From the NCBI GenBank assembly GCA_039194325.1, contig JBCCWC010000001.1:160001-224000 (forward strand): 64,000 nt of DNA, read 5' to 3'. This DNA is from Myxococcota bacterium. GTDB lineage: Bacteria; Myxococcota_A; Polyangia; Nannocystales; Nannocystaceae. The notes under the pieces are model-generated. The model did no database searches and was not told where the DNA came from. It saw nothing but the letters and a program-made list of their open reading frames with translations. Positions within the stretch are counted from its first letter, which is position 1; the number at the start of each line of letters is the position of its first letter. Positions 15,901 to 25,069 of this stretch are shown here, piece after piece. The position numbers and the translations under genes are program-made.

Positions 15901-16737
15901 TTTGCCGTGATCGGCCAGGCGATGTCCGGTCGCCCGCTCGACGAGCAGATCCTCGAGTCGGGGCTAGAGCTGAGCGAGCGCTTCGACTTCCCCGATCTAG
16001 CGTGGCTGCTCGAGTCCAACCGGGCGATCCGCGCCGCGGTGCTCGCCGATCCCGAGCCGATGAAGGCCAGCTACGACGCGCTGGTCACCGCCCTGCGCAA
16101 GCTGGGCAGCCCCCGCATGCTCGCGCGTCTGCTCCCCGCCTGGGTCGGTATGTACTGGATCCAGCGAAGGGAGCGCGAGCAGAGCGAGGCGGTGTGCACT
16201 CAGCTGGAAGGCTGGCGCAACAAGCACCCCGGCAACCTCTGGATGCAGCTCTACGCCACCGCGTTTCGGGGGTTCTACGAGGCCGAGTTCGGCGAGCCCG
16301 AAGCGGCGACCCGAGCCCTCGACACCGCCCTCGACGCCAGCGGCCACCATGGGTTTCGCTTTCGGGCCCAGCTTTTGTGTGCCAGCGCGCGGCACCAGCA
16401 TCGCCTGGGTCAGCTCGACCAGGCCCAGGCCCTCGCTCGTCAGGCCCTCGAGATGTCGCGCGACCCGGCGACCGCGTCGCCCTGGGACGAGCTGGTCGCC
16501 CTTCGAACCCTCGCCCAGGCCCTCGGCCCCGACGGGATCGACGTGGCCCGTGAGCAGATCGACGCGGCCCGTCGCTACCAGATGCCCTTCCACGAAGGGC
16601 TCGGCCAGCTGTGCCTCGCTTCCGCCCAGGAGGACGCAGGGTCGGATCCCTCCGCGGCCACCACCAGTCGCCGCCAGGGCGAGGCGATCCTGCAAAAGCT
16701 GCGGTGTACCGAGTGGCTCCGCCGAGCCGCTCAGTAG
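12916..16737 (+). CDS. Ser/Thr kinase + AAA ATPase + helical (TPR-like) protein
   Basis: IGRGGMGRV, HCDIKSAN, DFG, Walker A GAAGVGKT, Walker B FVEDLHWAD, GNAFF; ATGA overlap with the MFS stop. Confidence 0.9.
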
Positions 16738-18845
16738 ATCGGGTGCGGCGCCCGATGCAGTCCCGGCCGCGCTCCCGGCCAATCGGCGTGCATACGGGGG
16801 CTACCCAGCGCCATCGCGCGACGCGACGGGGCCAGCGGGAACAAGCCCGGCACGATCACGCGGCACACCTCCAGCCCCGCCGCGTCCGCGACCGCCCCCG
16901 TCAGGCGGACCACCAACCACCGGTGACCACGCTCCCGAAACCATCGCTCCAGCAGGCGGTAGCGGGCACTCGGCGTGGTCGCGCGGTAGCTCGGCCGGTG
17001 CTCGAAGCGAGCCGAGTCCGCGCCAGGCAAGAACGCGTGGGCGCCAGCGTTGGCCGGGTCGAGGTAGCGCGCCATCAACGGCCAAAACCGTACCGAGCGG
17101 GCCAAAGAGCGCACGGCCGCCGGATCGAGGGGATCCTTGCTGGGGTGGTGATGGACGAGCAGCGAGACACACTGGGCGCAGCCCAGCTTCAGCGCATGGC
17201 GTAGTGCCTCGGTCGGACAAAAGCCGCCCCCTGGGATCAGCAGCGAGCCTCCGCGCGGCCAATTGCCCCGGCTGCGACGGGCGGTCAGGCGCAGCAAGAC
17301 CATCGGAAGGGGGAGCTCTAGCGTCAGCTCGAACAGCTCCACATCGAGGTGATGCCCGCGTAGGTAGTCGAGCCGACGACGGATCTCCGCGGTCGGGCGC
17401 CGCGGCAAAGTCAGCCGGGTGAGCGATCGACGGCGGTACCACGAGATCACGAACGCGTCCCGCTCGAGCAGCTCCACGGTGGCGTGCACCACCGCCTGGC
17501 GTAGCGTGCGGTGCGATGCACCTCCCGTGTAGAAAGGATCGCGATGCCGTACCCCCGGCGTGAGTCCTGGGGGTGGGTCGACAGCGACCGCCTCGTAGGG
17601 CACCAAGGCGGCCGATCCGGTGGTGAGCTCCAGCGCCGCACAGTACGAGCGTCGACCCGTCCGCGTCGCGCCGGCCGGCGATGGCGGGAGCTCACGCTCG
17701 ATCACCGGGATCCCCCCGGGGCCTCGACGCGCGCCCGCGGGCAGCCACACATGGGGTCGCGCCGCGCGTAGCTCATAGCGCTCGACCCCCTCGCTCACCG
17801 CCAACAACCGGCACATCGGCTCGTCGGGGGCGTTGGCATAGATCCCCCCGTTGGTGGAGCGATCGATGATCGTCCCCCCATCGGCACGGACCATGCGGAC
17901 GCTCCCCCACACGAAGGGTACATCCAGGGGATAGCGACCCTGCGGGCCACCGATCACCTCGATCTCCATCGGCGACAGGGGATCGTCGGCCACGCTCAGA
18001 TCGAGGCGACGGGCGCGTCGCGAGGGCAGCAGCGCCTGTCTGGTCTCCTGCAGTACCTCGGCCACCGTCGCGCGACGCCTCAAGCCACCGCCGGGACCAC
18101 AGCGGGGGCAATCGTCATGGGCGATCACCCGGCCGCGCACGAGGCCCTCGCCTCGGTGGACGGCGAGGAGCTCTCCGGGACCCAGCGGTCGCTCCTGCGC
18201 GTGGTGCCAGGTCTCCGCCAGCAAGGCTCGCATGTCTCGCCCCGACAGCGAGCTGCCAAGCGCCCACGGGTCGCTACCGCCCGCACGGGGCCCCCACCGC
18301 CCTAGCGCTCGCAACAGCGCGCAGCCGAGACAGACCTCGGCGCCCGCGAGCAGCACCATGCGGCCTATCGCCAGCGCCATCTGCCGAGCGGGGCGCCGAG
18401 CCGTCTGCCGAGCCGTCTGCCGAGTGGGGCGACCGGCCCGGGCAGGCCACCGGAGCGGGCAACTCAGCGCCGGCAGCTGCCAACCTCCCCGCGCGGCCAG
18501 CCAGCGCGCATGCTCGGCCAGTGGACCACGCCCGAAGATCTGGGGGCCCGACGGCGGCTCGATGGCGCGGAGTACATGATGCGCTGCGAGTGCACGACGT
18601 ACCGACATGCTTTGGCGACCGAACGCCTCAGAGATCCGGGCTACGAGTTCTTCTTCGCTCGACCCGTTGCGCAAAGACCGGGCGAGGCGCTTCACCGCGG
18701 CCTCGTCGACCCCGTCGGCCTCGAGCCACGTATCGTCGGCCGGGCGATGAGCAACGAGCCGGCGGCCCCGGGCAGTCAGCACCCAGCGCGCGGCCGCCCG
18801 TATCCGTCGCTGCTGCCGAGCCGCCTCGCTCATACGGGTGCTCAT
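16731..18845 (-). CDS. YcaO-family protein with RRE-like N-terminus (start uncertain, 18833-18869)
   Basis: SEGVERY, TGGASH, ELLERDA, VIVPGL and Pro-rich C-terminus PHPIY; HDDCPRCG linker. Confidence 0.85.
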   Translation of the reverse strand: MSTRMSEAARQQRRIRAAARWVLTARGRRLVAHRPADDTWLEADGVDEAAVKRLARSLRNGSSEEELVARISEAFGRQSMSVRRALAAHHVLRAIEPPSGPQIFGRGPLAEHARWLAARGGWQLPALSCPLRWPARAGRPTRQTARQTARRPARQMALAIGRMVLLAGAEVCLGCALLRALGRWGPRAGGSDPWALGSSLSGRDMRALLAETWHHAQERPLGPGELLAVHRGEGLVRGRVIAHDDCPRCGPGGGLRRRATVAEVLQETRQALLPSRRARRLDLSVADDPLSPMEIEVIGGPQGRYPLDVPFVWGSVRMVRADGGTIIDRSTNGGIYANAPDEPMCRLLAVSEGVERYELRAARPHVWLPAGARRGPGGIPVIERELPPSPAGATRTGRRSYCAALELTTGSAALVPYEAVAVDPPPGLTPGVRHRDPFYTGGASHRTLRQAVVHATVELLERDAFVISWYRRRSLTRLTLPRRPTAEIRRRLDYLRGHHLDVELFELTLELPLPMVLLRLTARRSRGNWPRGGSLLIPGGGFCPTEALRHALKLGCAQCVSLLVHHHPSKDPLDPAAVRSLARSVRFWPLMARYLDPANAGAHAFLPGADSARFEHRPSYRATTPSARYRLLERWFRERGHRWLVVRLTGAVADAAGLEVCRVIVPGLFPLAPSRRAMALGSPRMHADWPGARPGLHRAPHPIY

Positions 18846-18852
18846 GACGTGC

Positions 18853-19560
18853 TCATGGAGCATATCCAAAGCCCGCGAAGAACGGCGCGAGGACCTGCTC
18901 GATCTGGCTCGCCTGCGCTGAGGTCAACACGTCGCGCCACCAGCCGGTTCGACCGTCTGTAATGTGATTGCGGTGCAAGAGCGTCTCTCGCTCGTGGGGG
19001 AAGCGTTCCTCAAAATCCTCCTCGGTCAGCTTGGAGGCCCGGGCCCGTGTTTTTTCGATGCCCAGCGCATCCGCTAGGGCCTTCAGCTGTTCGGAGCTTC
19101 GGGGGTGCCCTACGTAGTCTGCGATCCGTCGCGCGCCGACCAAGTCGTCGGCCACGGCCTGCGCGTAGGGAACACACAGTGTCGGGCCCTCGACATAGGC
19201 GAGGTATGTCGATTGATGCATCTCCAAGACGGCCAAGATCTGCTCGAAGCTCTCGACTATGCCGACTTGGAGGGCAGAGGCGGCGGCATCGCGTGGATCT
19301 CGATGGGTGAATATATTACGGATCGCTCCTTCGAAGATCGCGGCTCGTGTCCGAGGCCCGGGCTGATGACACTTGATGATCACATCATGTTCGCGGCTCT
19401 CAGTGAGCAGATCATCGAGGCCATCATCCATTTCGTCGGGTTCGTGGATATATCCACACCGATCCGGGAGGAGTCGACCGTGGTCCCTCAACAACGCATG
19501 CGCAACTCGATAGGACCATGTCGAGGCGCTACGGGGCATTCCGCTACACAAGACGAACAT
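18853..19560 (-). CDS. PAPS-dependent sulfotransferase family protein
   Basis: 5'-PSB loop SGMPRSASTW, IKCH, 3'-PB RDPRDAAAS, C-terminal G..GWW...L. Confidence 0.8.
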   Translation of the reverse strand: MFVLCSGMPRSASTWSYRVAHALLRDHGRLLPDRCGYIHEPDEMDDGLDDLLTESREHDVIIKCHQPGPRTRAAIFEGAIRNIFTHRDPRDAAASALQVGIVESFEQILAVLEMHQSTYLAYVEGPTLCVPYAQAVADDLVGARRIADYVGHPRSSEQLKALADALGIEKTRARASKLTEEDFEERFPHERETLLHRNHITDGRTGWWRDVLTSAQASQIEQVLAPFFAGFGYAP

Positions 19561-19619
19561 CGTGGGGCAGCTGAGTTTTCTCCCACCATGGGTGGTCGAG
19601 GCAGTACGTTTTCTCCTGG

Positions 19620-19645
19620 TACAAAGATAGGCCGCTATCTTTGTA
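19620..19645. promoter_or_regulatory. perfect inverted repeat in an AT-rich divergent intergenic region
   Basis: tacaaagatag-gccg-ctatctttgta (11-bp arms). Confidence 0.55.
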
Positions 19646-19866
19646 AATAACTATTATTAATAACCCATAAAACATCCAAAGCCTACTAAATTCGGTCCTG
19701 AGCCTAGGATTTTCCCTGACGCTGATGACTCGATCTCGAGCGCCTAAATGGCCGTGAGTGCCGTTCACGGCCGGTTTATGACCCAAAAGCATCATCGCGA
19801 AAAACGCGCAGTGCCCAAATTTAGTAATAACCCTTACAAGTTGACAAGGCAATGAACGCCTGCAAT

Positions 19867-19881
19867 GTTTCGACTCGAAAC
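19867..19881. promoter_or_regulatory. palindromic operator candidate, copy 1
   Basis: GTTTCGA-C-TCGAAAC downstream of TTGACA (19841-19846); 14 bp recur at 46838-46851. Confidence 0.55.
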
Positions 19882-19981
19882 TCAACACGTCAGGCACTCA
19901 GCGCCTGCGCTGGCTCATCATCGGTCTCAATAGGACGTTGAGATCGGCGGTGGTCAGTTTCGTACATTTCAGGGGGAAACA

Positions 19982-20041
19982 ATGAAAGCACGCAAGAAGA
20001 TCAAGAAAGTCAAAAAGGTCGCCATTGTTGCCGGAGTCTGA
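19982..20041 (+). CDS. 19-aa Lys-rich peptide MKARKKIKKVKKVAIVAGV, candidate RiPP precursor
   Basis: Purine-rich RBS agggggaaaca directly before ATG; first ORF of the ligase-SufS operon; too short for the ORF track. Confidence 0.7.
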   Translation: MKARKKIKKVKKVAIVAGV

Positions 20042-20116
20042 TCTCCCGCGGCGCCAACCTTTTCCACGAGGTGGCGGCTCGTGATCGAGCAGCCACTGAC
20101 ACAATGGAATACCGCA

Positions 20117-21625
20117 ATGATGTCTTCGGAGACCCAGAAGCTCCGGATCGATGTCGACGTGGTCCCATGCCCGGGCGGGTTCGAGTTACACGATCGACGT
20201 ACTGGACTCGAGCTCGAGGTCGAGGTCGAGCCCGGCGTCCTCGATGAACACGGGGTCGTACTACCGGGCCGACACGAGCAGGCCGTTCGTGACTTTCTCG
20301 CGAGCGTCGGGTTGCTCGACGAGGGACTCGACGACCAAGCGATCCGGACCCGACAGCGACAGTACCTACGCTCGACCCGTGAAGATCGCCTGATCGAGTC
20401 GATCAACGCCGCTCTCGCCTTTGCCCGCGACTCGATCCCGTACTATCGCAACACCCATACCCGGCGTAACCACCCCGATCTCGCCTCGTTCGGCGAGGCC
20501 CCGCTCATGCGCAAGCGGGACGTACGCCTGCGCCTCTACGATCTGCTCCCCGACTCGCTCGAGCTCGACCGGGGCTTGAGCGAGGGGGATCTGGAGTGGA
20601 CCGCGACCAGCGGGACCACCGACGAGCGCCTCCAGGTCGTGTGCTCCATGGCGGAGGTCGGTCTACCCGAAGACTGTGCCTCCTTGTGGGGGCTCCAGCT
20701 GCCCCCGACCCCTCGCACCGCGGTGCTGACCTCACCCACCTGCATGGGTACCGAGTGTCACCTGGGGCACGCCCCCTATGAGGCCCGAATACGGGGGCAG
20801 AACACGCTCTACCTCAACTCCGCGACCGATCTCTTCTCGATCTCGGACGACCGGGTCCGCAACATCATCGAGGAGATCGTGCAGTTCGAGCCCGACCTGC
20901 TCGTGGTCAACCCCGTCTACCTGCACTGGGTCTTGCTGCGCGCCCGCGCGCTGGCGCTGCCCATGCCTAGGGTCAGCGCGGTGATCTCCACCTATCAGTA
21001 CCTCGCCCAGGTCCAGCGGCGGGCCATCGAGCACGCCCTGCGGGTGCCCGTGCTCTCGATGTACACCGCCACCGAGCTCGCGGGCACGCGGGTCGCGCTC
21101 TCGTGCGCCCGCGGGCGCCTCCACGTGCTCGAGGACAACGTCCACGTCGAGGTCGTACCCAGCGCCTACAACCTGCCCAACGGGGTCGGACACCTGGCGA
21201 TCACCACCCATTCGAACCGGGTAATGCCGCTGTTTCGCTACCTGGTGGGCGATGTGGGGCGACTGGTGCCCCATGACTGCGATTGCTCCTACGGACACCA
21301 CCCGATCCTCGAGATCCACGGGCGAGCCAAGGACATCATCTCGGTGGGCGAGCGCCACGTGACCACGCGGATGCTCGACGAGGCGATCGGCACGCCGCCG
21401 GGCGTCGAGCTCTATCAGTGCGCGCAGATCGGTCGTCGCTCGATCGAGCTGCGAGTGGTCCCCTCGTGGGGCGAGCGCTTCGACGAGGTCGCGCTCCGCG
21501 AGCAAGTCGCCGAGCTCTGCGGAGCCCGGATCCGGCTGCTCGAGGTCCGCCGCTTGGATCCGGCGCCATCCTTGAAATTCCCGCTCTCCGAGAACGCGGG
21601 CTTCGGCAAGGCGGCCGGCCCATGA
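20117..21625 (+). CDS. phenylacetate-CoA ligase (PaaK)-like adenylate-forming enzyme with acidic N-terminal extension
   Basis: PYYR, TSGTT, YTATE, PLFRYLVGD, GRAKD and C-terminal K; alternative GTG start at 20081. Confidence 0.8.
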   Translation: MMSSETQKLRIDVDVVPCPGGFELHDRRTGLELEVEVEPGVLDEHGVVLPGRHEQAVRDFLASVGLLDEGLDDQAIRTRQRQYLRSTREDRLIESINAALAFARDSIPYYRNTHTRRNHPDLASFGEAPLMRKRDVRLRLYDLLPDSLELDRGLSEGDLEWTATSGTTDERLQVVCSMAEVGLPEDCASLWGLQLPPTPRTAVLTSPTCMGTECHLGHAPYEARIRGQNTLYLNSATDLFSISDDRVRNIIEEIVQFEPDLLVVNPVYLHWVLLRARALALPMPRVSAVISTYQYLAQVQRRAIEHALRVPVLSMYTATELAGTRVALSCARGRLHVLEDNVHVEVVPSAYNLPNGVGHLAITTHSNRVMPLFRYLVGDVGRLVPHDCDCSYGHHPILEIHGRAKDIISVGERHVTTRMLDEAIGTPPGVELYQCAQIGRRSIELRVVPSWGERFDEVALREQVAELCGARIRLLEVRRLDPAPSLKFPLSENAGFGKAAGP

Positions 21626-22830
21626 ACGTTGCGCTGCGGGATCACTTCCCCTTGCTCCGGCGTCGGATCGACGACCGCCGCATCATCTACCTCGACAGCG
21701 CCGCCACCTCGCTCAAGCCCGCCTCGGTGCTGGCCGCCGAGCAAGCGTACTCGACCGAGTTCACCGCCAACGTCCACCGCGGCAAGCACACCTTGAGCGA
21801 GGAGGCCTCGCAGGCCTACGAGCACACGCGCCGACGAGTGGCCCGCTTCATCAACGCCGATCCCGATTGCGTAGTGTTCACCGCCAACGCGACCGAGGCG
21901 CTCAACCTCGTCGCGCAAGGGCTACCGCTGCCCCCCACCGCCCGGGTGGTCGCGCCCCGACACGAGCACCACGCCAACCTCGTGCCCTGGTTTCGCACCG
22001 CCGAGGTGATCGTGCTGCCCACCGAGCCCACGATCCCCCTCGATCTGAACCAGCTGGAGGATCTGCTTCGCTCGGCCTCCCCGTCGGTGCTCACCCTCGC
22101 CCATGCCTCGAACGTGACCGGGGTGATCCACCCCGTCGCCGAGATCTGTGCGCTCGCGCGCCGCCTGGGGATCGTGTCCGTCGTCGACGCGGCACAGAGC
22201 GCGCCCCACCTCGCGCTCGACGTGGAGCAGCTGGGCTGTGACTTCCTCGCCTTCAGCGGGCACAAGATGCTGGGGCCCACCGGGGTCGGGGTGCTCTGGG
22301 GGCAGCGGGATCAGCTCACCCGGCTCGACCCGCTCGTGCTCGGGGGAGGCGCCGTCGACCGAGTGACCTCGACCGGGTTCACGCTCAAGGCAGTCCCCCA
22401 CCGATTCGAAACCGGGACCCCCAACATCAGCGGGGTGATCGGGTTGGGACGCGCGATCGATCTGCTCGACGAGATCGGGATGTCGACGGTGACGGCGCAC
22501 GACGCCGTGCTGGCCGCCGCGCTCGAGGAGCAGCTGCGCGACATGCCCGGCGTCGACGTGCTCATGGCCCGTCGCGAGCCCCGGCTGGCGATCGCGACCG
22601 TGGTGCCGCGGACCTCGCGGATCACCCCCGATCACCTGGCGTACTACCTCTCCGAGACCCACAAGATCATGGTGCGCTCGGGGCATCACTGCGCACATCC
22701 GCTGTTCGACTCGATCGGCGCCGAGGCGGGCGGGGTCCGGGCCTCCGCGTATCTCTATAACGAGGTCGAGGAGATCCAGGCCATGGGCGCGGCGCTGCGC
22801 GAGCTGCTCGGTCGAGTCGTAGGGAGATGA
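21622..22830 (+). CDS. SufS-type (group II) PLP cysteine desulfurase
   Basis: YLDSAATS, EHHAN, DAAQ, SGHKMLGPTG, catalytic RSGHHCA; ATGA overlap with the ligase stop. Confidence 0.9.
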   Translation: MNVALRDHFPLLRRRIDDRRIIYLDSAATSLKPASVLAAEQAYSTEFTANVHRGKHTLSEEASQAYEHTRRRVARFINADPDCVVFTANATEALNLVAQGLPLPPTARVVAPRHEHHANLVPWFRTAEVIVLPTEPTIPLDLNQLEDLLRSASPSVLTLAHASNVTGVIHPVAEICALARRLGIVSVVDAAQSAPHLALDVEQLGCDFLAFSGHKMLGPTGVGVLWGQRDQLTRLDPLVLGGGAVDRVTSTGFTLKAVPHRFETGTPNISGVIGLGRAIDLLDEIGMSTVTAHDAVLAAALEEQLRDMPGVDVLMARREPRLAIATVVPRTSRITPDHLAYYLSETHKIMVRSGHHCAHPLFDSIGAEAGGVRASAYLYNEVEEIQAMGAALRELLGRVVGR

Positions 22831-22855
22831 GCCCCGGTGAGCTCGGATGAGCCCA

Positions 22856-22877
22856 GACGAGCTCGGATGAGCTCGTC
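22856..22877. terminator. hairpin between convergent genes
   Basis: gacgagctc-ggat-gagctcgtc within a short degenerate repeat; no U-tract. Confidence 0.35.
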
Positions 22878-24249
22878 ACGCCAGCGGCGCGTCGGCCAGC
22901 AGCACCCGCACCTGAGCGAAGTGGCGGTGGCCCGCGGGCGAGCCGTGGAACCCGTAGCCGCTCTGCTTGGCGCCAACCCACGGCGTGTCCCGAGCACCGG
23001 TCACCGGTCGGTTGATCCCGATCATGCCCACGTCGAGCCGGCGAGCCACCCGCTCGGCCCGTGACCGGTCGCCCCCAAAGACCACCGCGCTCAGGCCGTA
23101 GTCGCCCTCGTTGGCCTTGGCCACCGCGTCGTCTTCACCGTGCACGGTGATGATGTTCGCCACCGGGCCGAAGGTCTCCTCGTGGAAGATCTTCATGCCC
23201 GGAGTGACCCCGCGCAGGATCGTCGGGGGAAAGAACAGGCCCTCGGCCTGCCGGGGGCCTCCCAGCACCACCTCGGCCCCGCGCTCGCATGCGTCGGTCA
23301 CGTGGGCCGCGACGCGATCGAATTGACCCTGGTGGATCAGCGGGCCGAGGTCGACCCCCTCGGTGAGTCCGTGACCCATGCGCAGCCGCTGCGCCCGCTC
23401 GCGCAGCAGCTCGACGAACTTGGCTTCGACCCGTGCATCCACCAGCATGCGCTCCGACGAGACGCAGACCTGGCCCGAGTTGAAGAATGCACTGCGGCAG
23501 GCGAAGTCGGCGGCGGCGGCCAGATCGGCATCGTCGAGCACGATCAGCACGTCTTTGCCCCCCAGCTCCATGATCACCCGGGTCAGCCGCTCGCTCGCGC
23601 TTCGCAGGATGCTCTTGCCCGTCGCCCGCGAGCCGGTGAACGCGACCAGCTGCACCCGAGCGGCGACGAGCGCCTCGCCGACCCCGGGCCCGCCGACCAC
23701 CGAGGTCAGCACCCCGGGCGGCAGGCTCGCCGCCAGCGTTCGCGCGTAGGCATCCCCCACCAGCGGCGTGTTTTCCGACGGCTTGAGCACCACCGTGTTT
23801 CCGGCGCACAGCGCCGGGACCACCATGCAGTGAGCGAGCCACACCGGGAAATTCCAGGGGGCGAGCACGGCACAGACGCCATAGGGATCGTAGACGGTCC
23901 GGGCGACCAGATCGCCTTGGCGACTCGACACCGAACGTAGGGCCTCGGCGGCCGACGTGGCCATCGCGGCGGTGGCCGCCGCCGCTTGCTTCACCTCGCC
24001 GATCGCCACCGGCAGCGGCTTACCCGTCTCGAGGCACGACGTGCGCCCCAGCGTCGCAGCGGCGTCGCCCAGCGCTTCGGCGGCGGTCGTGATGGCCTGC
24101 GCCCGCTCGTCGAGGGTCATGGCCGACCAGCGATCGCCGGCGTTGGCTGATCGCGCCACGACATCGCCGATCGCGTCACGTGGAGTGCACCGCAGCTCGC
24201 CGACCACCTCACCCGAGCAGGGATTTCGGGAAGCGAGCACCTCCGCCAT
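22876..24249 (-). CDS. aldehyde dehydrogenase
   Basis: PWNFP, LKPSE, FTGS, ELGGKD, NSGQVC, EETFGP. Confidence 0.92.
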   Translation of the reverse strand: MAEVLASRNPCSGEVVGELRCTPRDAIGDVVARSANAGDRWSAMTLDERAQAITTAAEALGDAAATLGRTSCLETGKPLPVAIGEVKQAAAATAAMATSAAEALRSVSSRQGDLVARTVYDPYGVCAVLAPWNFPVWLAHCMVVPALCAGNTVVLKPSENTPLVGDAYARTLAASLPPGVLTSVVGGPGVGEALVAARVQLVAFTGSRATGKSILRSASERLTRVIMELGGKDVLIVLDDADLAAAADFACRSAFFNSGQVCVSSERMLVDARVEAKFVELLRERAQRLRMGHGLTEGVDLGPLIHQGQFDRVAAHVTDACERGAEVVLGGPRQAEGLFFPPTILRGVTPGMKIFHEETFGPVANIITVHGEDDAVAKANEGDYGLSAVVFGGDRSRAERVARRLDVGMIGINRPVTGARDTPWVGAKQSGYGFHGSPAGHRHFAQVRVLLADAPLA

Positions 24250-24346
24250 CAAAATCGACGGTACCACGCGCTCGCCGACGTTTGACAGCCAAGGTCGCGT
24301 CGTCGAGACTCCAAAGCCCTCGATCGGCCCGAGCAGGAGCGCGCGC

Positions 24347-25069
24347 ATGTCCACCTTCGTTCTCGTTCACGGCGCCTATCTCAGCAGTGCGTACTGGGAT
24401 GACGTCGCCAAGATCCTCCGCTCGAACGGCCACGACGTGTTCGCGCCCTCGCTGACCGGCTCGGGCGAGCGCGCCCACCAGCTGACCCCCTCGGTCAGCC
24501 TGCGTACCCACGTGACCGACATCCGGAGCTTGCTCGAGTATCGCGACCTGAACGACGTGATCCTCGTTGGGCACAGCTACTCCGGCTACGTCGTGACCGG
24601 GGCCGCCCTCGAGGCTCGCGAGCGGGTCGGTCGGCTGGTCTACGCCGACGCGGTGGTGCCCGAGCCGGGCAAGACCTGCGCCGACGTGCTCGGCGACCCC
24701 TTCGGGGGCTTCGTGAACGCGGCCAATAAGAACGGCGACGGCTGGCGGATGCCGCTCATCGAAGGCCTCGACGTGAAGGTCGGGGTCGAGGGCGAGGTCC
24801 GTGCGCGGTTCAACCGGCTCATCACCCCGTTCTCGCTGCTGTGCTTCAAGCAGCGGATCGAGGCGCTGTCGGAGGGGATGGGAGTGCTCGACGAGTTCGC
24901 GCCGGTGTACATCTTCGCCACTAAGGACTATCCCAACAAGGTGCTGATGCAGAGCTCCGCGGATCGGGCCCGGGAGTACGGGTGGACCGTTGAGGAGATC
25001 GACGCCGCGCACATGAGCGCGCTCGAAGTGCCGGCCGTCGTGGCGCAGCGACTGCTGGCGCTGGCGTAA
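24347..25069 (+). CDS. alpha/beta hydrolase (esterase-like)
   Basis: FVLVHGA, nucleophile elbow GHSYSG, C-terminal AAH; RBS caggag. Confidence 0.88.
   Translation: MSTFVLVHGAYLSSAYWDDVAKILRSNGHDVFAPSLTGSGERAHQLTPSVSLRTHVTDIRSLLEYRDLNDVILVGHSYSGYVVTGAALEARERVGRLVYADAVVPEPGKTCADVLGDPFGGFVNAANKNGDGWRMPLIEGLDVKVGVEGEVRARFNRLITPFSLLCFKQRIEALSEGMGVLDEFAPVYIFATKDYPNKVLMQSSADRAREYGWTVEEIDAAHMSALEVPAVVAQRLLALA

Noticed and set aside
19544..19897. 117-aa minus-strand ORF as the YcaO precursor
   Set aside because: Runs through the AT-rich promoter region, overlaps the sulfotransferase start and has no leader/core pattern
21622..22830. Housekeeping suf operon
   Set aside because: No sufBCD, sufE or sufU nearby; the gene is coupled to the ligase, so no gene symbol was assigned
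22826..22877. CRISPR array (also considered 56646-56698 and the repeats in 4130-4670)
   Set aside because: No constant repeats with unique spacers and no cas genes; these are short tandem or coding repeats
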